Shown in pieces: positions 57,889 through 64,000 of a stretch of DNA of 64,000 nt. Under the pieces are notes generated by a model. That model searched no databases. It worked only from the letters and a program-made list of their open reading frames with translations, and was not told the origin of the DNA. The position numbers were made by a program, and so were the translations under genes. This DNA is from an uncultured Desulfospira sp. GTDB lineage: Bacteria > Desulfobacterota > Desulfobacteria > Desulfobacterales > Desulfobacteraceae. Where the stretch lies: assembly GCA_963663165.1 (NCBI GenBank), contig OY760175.1:5184001-5248000 (forward strand), written 5' to 3'. The stretch's first letter is position 1, and every line of letters begins with the position of its first letter.

Positions 57889-58536
57889 ATGACCGCACAT
57901 CTGCAAAAGGCCATGCATCAAATTAAAAAAGAGATCCTTTCACTGGGTGCCATGGTGGAGGACCGGTTAAGAAAATCCATTGAAGCCGTTCAGACCGAGA
58001 ATTTAGAGCTTGCCCAGACCGTTGTCAATTCGGATTTTGAGGTGGATGAAAAAGAGATCGAAGTTGAAGAAGAATGCCTCAAAACCCTGGCCCTGTATCA
58101 GCCGGTGGCTACTGACTTAAGGCTGATTGTGGCGGTCATTAAGATCAACAATGACCTGGAGCGGATTGCCGATTATGCGGTTAATATTGCCAACCGGTTC
58201 AGGGCCTCGGCCGATGACCCCAACAAGTTTAAATATGATTATACAGCCATGGCGGACCAGGCCTCTAAAATGCTTAAAAAAAGCCTGGATGCCCTGGTCA
58301 GTATGGACGTGGATATGGCCTATGAAGTAAGGGAAATGGACGAGCAGGTCAATACCATGAGAAATGAGGCCTATGATGCCATGAAACAGGATATTCAGGA
58401 ACATCCGGACATGGTGGGGGAAATTATCAACATGTATTTGATTTCCAGGCATATTGAAAGAATCGGGGATCATACCAAAAATATTGCCGAAGAAGTTATT
58501 TACCTGATTGAAGGGGAGATCATCCGTCATACCTGA
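57889..58536 (+). CDS. phoU: Phosphate signalling protein PhoU
   Basis: QPVATDLR, DLERIADYAVNIA, ERIGDHTKNIAE. Confidence 0.96.
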   Translation: MTAHLQKAMHQIKKEILSLGAMVEDRLRKSIEAVQTENLELAQTVVNSDFEVDEKEIEVEEECLKTLALYQPVATDLRLIVAVIKINNDLERIADYAVNIANRFRASADDPNKFKYDYTAMADQASKMLKKSLDALVSMDVDMAYEVREMDEQVNTMRNEAYDAMKQDIQEHPDMVGEIINMYLISRHIERIGDHTKNIAEEVIYLIEGEIIRHT

Positions 58537-58550
58537 TGGAATGATACGGG

Positions 58551-59249
58551 ATGGGAGATATGTTGAAGGAAACCATACTCATCGTCGACGACGAAGAAGA
58601 TATTATTGAGCTGATCAAGTACAACCTTAAAAACGAGGGGTACAATATTCTGACAGCCCTTACCGGTGAAGAGGCCATTAAAATTTCCAAACAGACCCGG
58701 CCGGATCTGATGGTTTTGGACCTGATGCTGCCGGGCATAGACGGCCTTGAAGTCACCCGTTACTTGAGAAGCAACGGGGAAACCAAGGACATGCCCATTG
58801 TCATGCTCACGGCAAAGGGGGAAGAGTCTGATGTGGTGACAGGGCTTGAGCTTGGGGCCAATGATTATATGTCCAAGCCCTTCAGCCCCCGGGAGCTGAC
58901 GGCCCGGATCCGGGCCATTTTAAGGCGGCGCCAGCAAAAGGTGATCGAATCCAAAACCCGGGTCAAACAGGAAGGGGAAATGATCATTGACCGGGCCAAG
59001 CATGTGGTCACCATTGAGGGCAGTGTCATTGATTTAACCCTGTCCGAATTTGAACTGCTTTCCTTTCTGGCCGATAAAAAAGGGTGGGTGTTTACCCGGG
59101 GGCAGATTGTGGATGCCATCCACGGTGAAAATTATGCGGTGACAGAGCGGAGTATTGATGTCATCATTGTCGGACTGCGCAAAAAATTAAAACAATATGC
59201 CTCTTTGATTGAGACCGTGAGAGGTGTGGGATACAGGTTTAAAGAATAG
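58551..59249 (+). CDS. phoB: OmpR-family response regulator PhoB
   Basis: IVDDE, LDLMLP, MLTAKGEE, KPFSPREL, IETVRGVGY; adjacent to phoU. Confidence 0.88.
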   Translation: MGDMLKETILIVDDEEDIIELIKYNLKNEGYNILTALTGEEAIKISKQTRPDLMVLDLMLPGIDGLEVTRYLRSNGETKDMPIVMLTAKGEESDVVTGLELGANDYMSKPFSPRELTARIRAILRRRQQKVIESKTRVKQEGEMIIDRAKHVVTIEGSVIDLTLSEFELLSFLADKKGWVFTRGQIVDAIHGENYAVTERSIDVIIVGLRKKLKQYASLIETVRGVGYRFKE

Positions 59250-59252
59250 CAT

Positions 59253-61019
59253 ATGCCCCGTAAACGAAGACTGATCTGGCAGATTTTTCCATCCTTTTTG
59301 ATTATTATCCTTCTTTCTCTTTTTGTGGAAACCCTGTATTCCACAAACCATTTCAAGAGTTTTTTCCTGGAAAATTTAGAAAGGGAACTGACCGTCAGGG
59401 CCAAGCTGATCCAGAGCAAGTTTGCCATGGCCTTTGAGCAGGGTGCTATAAGTGTCGCAGATATTGACCGGTTGTGCAAGGATATCGGCAGCAGCATTGA
59501 TACCCGGGTCACGGTGATTGATTCAACCGGTGCTGTTCTAGGCGACTCTGTCGGCCGGGCGGAAACCATGGAAAACCATAAAAACCGGCCTGAAATCAAA
59601 AGCGCCCTCCAGGGGGACAAAGGGCTTTCTGTCCGGTACAGCTCCACCCTTGACAACAATATGATGTATATTGCCCTGCCCGTAATCGAAAAAAACGGCC
59701 ACCGGGTGGTTGTCCGAACAGCGGTCTCTGTGGCCACCATTGATAAAAGCATCCGGGCCGTGCGAAATAATATTATCATTGCCGCATTGCTGACCGTTCT
59801 GGCCGCCGGCCTTGCCAGCCTTTTTGTAAGCCGGAGAATCAGCCGGCCTGTGGAGGAACTCAAAAAAGGGGCCCAGGAGTTTGCCAAGGGAAACCTGGGC
59901 AGCCGCCTGGCCTCACCGGATACCGAGGAGCTGTCTGAGCTTGCCCGGGCCATGAATACCATGGCCGGGAGTTTAGATGAAAAGATTCGGGACAGCATCA
60001 ACCGGCAGTCCGAATTAGAGGCGGTCCACGCCAGTATGCAGGAAGGGGTGATCGCCATTGATAATGAGGAGCGGATCATCACCATTAATGCCGCGGCGTC
60101 CACCATTTTCGACTTTCCGGCGTCCCAGCTTAAGAAAAGAAATATTCTGGAGGTGGCCCGGAATTTCGAGCTTCAAACCTTTATCCAGAAAGCCCTGGCC
60201 ACCCATGAGCCTGTTGAAGGTGATATTATTGTACAAAAGGGAAAGGACCGGATTCTCAATATTCATTCCACGGCCCTTTATGACACCCGTGAAAAACGGA
60301 TGGGCACCCTGATCATCTTCCATGACATCACCCGGATCCGGCGGCTGGAGTCCATGCACAAGGCGTTTGCCGCCAATGTGTCCCATGAACTCAAGACGCC
60401 GCTGACAACCATCAAGGGATTTATCGAAACCCTTCAGGAAATGCTCCAGACAGATGACGAGACCAGAAATTTCCTTAAGATTATTGAAAAAAATGTCAAC
60501 CGGATGATTGAGCTGATCAATGACCTTTTGGCCCTGGCCCGGCTGGAACGGCTCCAGGGAACCGGGATCGAATTTGAAGAGCAGAGTCTTTCCGATATTG
60601 TTGACGGGGTGGTGAATATCTGCCGGCCCGGGGCCGAAGAAAAACAGATCGATATTGAGTTTAACTGCCCTGAAAACCTTAAGGCCATGTTGGATCCCAT
60701 TCTCATGGAGCAGGCCCTGATCAACATTGTGGACAATGCCATCAAGTACAGCCCGGAAAAGGCCAAAGTGACCATAGAGGCCCAGCAGTCCGGCCAGGGG
60801 GTGGAAATCCGGGTCAGGGACACCGGGGTCGGCATTGACAAGGAACACCTGCCCAAGATTTTCAACCGGTTTTACCGGGTGGACAAAGCCCGGAGCCGGA
60901 ACCAGGGCGGCACCGGCCTCGGGCTTGCCATTGTCAAACACATTGTCCAGTACCACGAGGGCCGGATTGAGGTTGAGAGCAAAAAAGGGATGGGCACTTG
61001 TTTTACTATCTATATTTAA
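59253..61019 (+). CDS. phoR: Phosphate regulon sensor kinase PhoR
   Basis: MENH..RPE extracytoplasmic domain, HAMP, PAS, FAANVSHELKTPLT, RFYRVDKARSR, GGTGLGLAIVKH. Confidence 0.9.
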   Translation: MPRKRRLIWQIFPSFLIIILLSLFVETLYSTNHFKSFFLENLERELTVRAKLIQSKFAMAFEQGAISVADIDRLCKDIGSSIDTRVTVIDSTGAVLGDSVGRAETMENHKNRPEIKSALQGDKGLSVRYSSTLDNNMMYIALPVIEKNGHRVVVRTAVSVATIDKSIRAVRNNIIIAALLTVLAAGLASLFVSRRISRPVEELKKGAQEFAKGNLGSRLASPDTEELSELARAMNTMAGSLDEKIRDSINRQSELEAVHASMQEGVIAIDNEERIITINAAASTIFDFPASQLKKRNILEVARNFELQTFIQKALATHEPVEGDIIVQKGKDRILNIHSTALYDTREKRMGTLIIFHDITRIRRLESMHKAFAANVSHELKTPLTTIKGFIETLQEMLQTDDETRNFLKIIEKNVNRMIELINDLLALARLERLQGTGIEFEEQSLSDIVDGVVNICRPGAEEKQIDIEFNCPENLKAMLDPILMEQALINIVDNAIKYSPEKAKVTIEAQQSGQGVEIRVRDTGVGIDKEHLPKIFNRFYRVDKARSRNQGGTGLGLAIVKHIVQYHEGRIEVESKKGMGTCFTIYI

Positions 61020-61222
61020 TTGGGTTGACAAAACGGAAGTTTTTATTTTAAGATGGCGAAAATCAAATTTAACGGGAACCCAAAAAGAATAAAATATTCG
61101 TTAAATTTAGTGTTGCAGGGGTAGAATCCTCCTTCCTCAATTTTTTGTATTTCTGACAGCCTGATTTACCTGCGTAACCCAAAATAATCCATAGTTTTAT
61201 TATTTTTTTAAGGAGAAAGCTC

Positions 61223-61879
61223 ATGAGCCGATTCTTTAAATTATTGCCGTTGCTGGCCGTCTGTTTTTTATTGACTGTCGCGACCGGAGCCGTTTTTGTT
61301 TCAGGGGCGAACGCATCTGTGGTTGAATTTTCAGTCTTTGATGACCTGGATGAATCTTCAACAAACTTTGACCCTGATCCAACTGCTACCTATTGGATTG
61401 ATGGCGATAGTAAATTGGTCATTGGCCTTAATAGCTTTATGGCCGATGAAAGTTCTGTGGTTGCATATGATACCCTCACCTTCACCATCACTGCGGCTGA
61501 GGGATATTTGATTAAAACCATATCCTATTTTGAATCCGGATTAACCAGCGGAGATCAAGGCAGCACAACCGTTGCCACAGGCTCACTGACGCTAAACGAA
61601 GAAGCATATGACTTAGGGCATCATGTTTTTCCCCTCGCTGGCAACGGTGAAGCGGGATGGAAACTGTTCCTGAATGGTATTTATGTTGGAGTCGATGAAG
61701 TCTCTGTGGTCATTACGAACAATCTGATAGCCGTTGGGAGCAATGCCCAAATTTCTAAAACAGAGGCATACTTGATAATAGAAACCGCCAATGTTCCGGT
61801 TCCGCCGGCTGCATGGCTGTTGGGCTGCGGAGTGATCGGGCTTCTGGGGATCAGAAGAAGACGGCTGAACCAGGAATAA
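61223..61879 (+). CDS. Secreted protein with VPLPA/PEP-CTERM-type sorting signal
   Basis: AAGGAG RBS, signal peptide, C-terminus NVPVPPAAWLLGCGVIGLLGIRRRR. Confidence 0.88.
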   Translation: MSRFFKLLPLLAVCFLLTVATGAVFVSGANASVVEFSVFDDLDESSTNFDPDPTATYWIDGDSKLVIGLNSFMADESSVVAYDTLTFTITAAEGYLIKTISYFESGLTSGDQGSTTVATGSLTLNEEAYDLGHHVFPLAGNGEAGWKLFLNGIYVGVDEVSVVITNNLIAVGSNAQISKTEAYLIIETANVPVPPAAWLLGCGVIGLLGIRRRRLNQE

Positions 61880-61945
61880 TCCATCTCGGTTTCTGATTTT
61901 TTTCACGGCGCCATCCGAAAATTTCCGGTGCAATACCCGTAACGG

Positions 61946-61978
61946 TTTTGACAGGGGATAAAAAATCCCCTGTCAAAA
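61946..61978. terminator. Bidirectional terminator-like hairpin
   Basis: TTTTGACAGGGGAT-aaaaa-ATCCCCTGTCAAAA between convergent genes. Confidence 0.7.
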
Positions 61979-62074
61979 TAGCCGGCCGCAGCACCCTGCG
62001 CCGGAGCCATCCCCCTCGCGTATCCTTGCAGGGCAATGAAAACAGCCGGATAAGGCTATCCCGGTATTCCAGGT

Positions 62075-62863
62075 TCATCTAAATTTTTTTCCTATATAAA
62101 AAACATATCCGAAAAAGTCTTTATATTTGTAATACAATTCAGCCTCTTCTTGTTGATATGTTACAAATTCTTCGGCGGCACGAATGCCGGCATGTTTTTT
62201 CAAAAATTTTTCCTGCACAGCAACCTGGGGATCATAAAAATGCTCTGTCCAGCATTTTTCAGGCAGCACAAACGTAGCGATGGGAATATATCCGGCTTTT
62301 TGCAGTTGTGCTACTTTATGGGGAATGGTGTCTATTTCCGGATAGGCATGATTCCAGAATTCATCAATTTCGGCCGGCCGCTTTTCAGTGAACCATGACG
62401 CCTCTGAAACGGCAATGTATGCCCCTTCTTTTAAGAAGTTACGCCACTCAGTGATGCCCCGCTCAAATCCAATATTGTAGATGGCGCCCTCTGACCAGAT
62501 CAAGTCTAACTCCCCAGTCTGAAACCCGAGGTTTTTCCCCAGGTCCTCCATTGAACCCACCACGCCTTTTACCCGGTCCTGGAGATTCAGCTTCAGGCAA
62601 TTTTCATTGAACAGGTCTATAAATTCGGGAAACAGGTCAATTCCGGTAACCTTAGCTGATGTATGAGTGGCGATGACCATTGTCTGGCCGCCGGTTCCAC
62701 AACCGATGTCGGCAATTTTAGATTTACTTGTCAGGTTATCAATAAAGTTTAAAGCCTGAAGGGTCACATCAGGGTTTCCCGGCCCCTGCCGTTCTAAATA
62801 TGAGAAATATTCACAGATGAGTTTCAAATCAAACTCGTGAATTGACTTGGTCTTATCGCCCAT
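62075..62863 (-). CDS. Class I SAM-dependent methyltransferase
   Basis: [23 protein letters not shown]. Start at ATG 62863. Confidence 0.9.
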   Translation of the reverse strand: MGDKTKSIHEFDLKLICEYFSYLERQGPGNPDVTLQALNFIDNLTSKSKIADIGCGTGGQTMVIATHTSAKVTGIDLFPEFIDLFNENCLKLNLQDRVKGVVGSMEDLGKNLGFQTGELDLIWSEGAIYNIGFERGITEWRNFLKEGAYIAVSEASWFTEKRPAEIDEFWNHAYPEIDTIPHKVAQLQKAGYIPIATFVLPEKCWTEHFYDPQVAVQEKFLKKHAGIRAAEEFVTYQQEEAELYYKYKDFFGYVFYIGKKFR

Positions 62864-63596
62864 GATGAATTCCTTGTTTAGATGCAATCATTGTAACCAA
62901 CCCTTCCTCAACGGTTGTGTCCACCTTAAATCCGCACTGCAATAATTGATCAGCCACCCACTGCTTTGACAACCGCAGTTTCCGGTAAAAGCTTTTAAAA
63001 AAGTGCCATTCCCCATTCAGTCTTTTATATATAATATCATGCACCTTTACCGTTTCAGGCTCATATTCAAGAAAGCATGTGAAAATGATACGTTCGTCAC
63101 TTTTAACCGGCAAAAATCTGTCTGTATCCTTTAACTCATATGTTAAATCCCTGAAGGTCATGATAAACCTGCCGTTAACTTCCAACGAATTGATAACTTT
63201 AGCGAAAAGCAAAGAAACGGTTTCTTTTGATTCCAGGTGAAGCAGGGTATCCGTCATGCAGACCATTAACTCAATGCCGCTTCTGACGGATTTGTCAAAA
63301 TCAATCAGGTCTCCCTGGACAGGGGTGATGTTAAGATTTGCCGCATTGCTTTTTAATTCATCCAGGAGTGTCGGGTCCAGGTCAATTGCCGTTACCGAAT
63401 ATCCTGCCTTGGCCAAAGGAATGGATTGAAACCCGCTGCCCGCCCCTAAGTCAACCGCAACCCCCGATCCCCTGGGGATCAGTTGATGTTGGCTGAAAAA
63501 TTGAGCATTGCGCTGAATGCCACTGTCCAATCCGCCATACACCCAGGAATAAACGTCTGAAAGCACTTTAGCATAATGTTCTTTAACCGTTGCCAT
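62853..63596 (-). CDS. Class I SAM-dependent methyltransferase
   Basis: [19 protein letters not shown]. Confidence 0.88.
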   Translation of the reverse strand: MATVKEHYAKVLSDVYSWVYGGLDSGIQRNAQFFSQHQLIPRGSGVAVDLGAGSGFQSIPLAKAGYSVTAIDLDPTLLDELKSNAANLNITPVQGDLIDFDKSVRSGIELMVCMTDTLLHLESKETVSLLFAKVINSLEVNGRFIMTFRDLTYELKDTDRFLPVKSDERIIFTCFLEYEPETVKVHDIIYKRLNGEWHFFKSFYRKLRLSKQWVADQLLQCGFKVDTTVEEGLVTMIASKQGIHHGR

Positions 63597-63617
63597 GTTC
63601 TAATCCTTTTTAATTGG

Positions 63618-63834
63618 TCATGATGCGGATTCGTCAAAGTATTCCAGAATATCACCCGGCTGGCAAGTCCAGGTGACGACAAATGGCGTCAAGGGTGGAA
63701 AATCGAATGGCCTTGGCCCTTCCTGTTTTCAGGATAGATAAATTTTGGGCAGTGATGCCTATTTCTTCAGCCAGGGTATTGGATTTAAGTTTACGCTGAG
63801 CCAGCATGACATCCAGATTGATACGAATGGCCAT
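63618..63834 (-). pseudogene. Cro/C1-type HTH regulator (YozG-like) with 1-nt frameshift
   Basis: MAIRINLDVML...KAIRFSTLDAIC. Removing one base at 63665-63666 restores the family C-terminus DCQPGDILEY and a stop at 63618. Confidence 0.75.
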
Positions 63835-63844
63835 TATTCTCCGT

Positions 63845-64000
63845 CTAAATCGTTAAGTTTTGTTCTTCCTGCAGTTGGCAGCCTTCTTGCATTACGCGGG
63901 CGATGGTTGCCATGATATACCCTATGATAAACAGGGTGATATCCTGTCCCTTTAATGCCAAAGAAATCATGCGTTCCCCCTGGGGCTGGTGATGGGTGAT
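63845..64000 (-). CDS. DUF2975-like membrane protein (C-terminal part, truncated by window)
   Basis: Translation ...GERMISLA...IARVMQEGCQLQEEQNLTI*; this family typically precedes YozG-like HTH genes. Confidence 0.75.
   Translation of the reverse strand: MTHHQPQGERMISLALKGQDITLFIIGYIMATIARVMQEGCQLQEEQNLTI

Noticed and set aside
59132..61031. Two long minus-strand ORFs (324 and 338 aa)
   Set aside because: Antisense shadows of phoB/phoR.
62029..62037. CAGGGCAAT match to the MITE end
   Set aside because: Only 9 bp, with no partner inverted repeat or target duplication.

Overview
This 64 kb window is bacterial chromosomal DNA. Gene content and protein style suggest a sulfate-reducing Desulfobacteraceae-type deltaproteobacterium (inference). 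Core blocks are ftsH-folP-cdaR-coaX, der-rarA, yhbY-MBL-ychF-like, pyrR, Moco genes, rmuC-mltA, phoU-phoB-phoR and tRNA-Thr(CGT). Accessory modules interrupt them: (1) a sigma-54 formamidase plus urea/amide-binding protein; (2) a ~10 kb catabolic cluster with a GntR/FadR regulator, three divergent MmgE/PrpD paralogues, a TRAP transporter and an FAD oxidoreductase with a Cys-rich tail; (3) an orphan TAXI binding protein coupled to a hybrid histidine kinase; (4) a TPR-GT41 glycosyltransferase; (5) two VPLPA/PEP-CTERM-type sorted proteins plus a TIGR03790-like protein. Non-coding highlights are a 304-bp ISAs1-type MITE (18-bp TIRs, 10-bp target duplication) nested in a repeat, and five families of 7-bp-periodic repeats, mostly hairpin-forming. 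Two small genes are disrupted, one by an in-frame TGA and one by a 1-nt frameshift. No CRISPR array, rRNA, integrase or transposase was seen. All calls come from motif recognition by eye; no database search was run.
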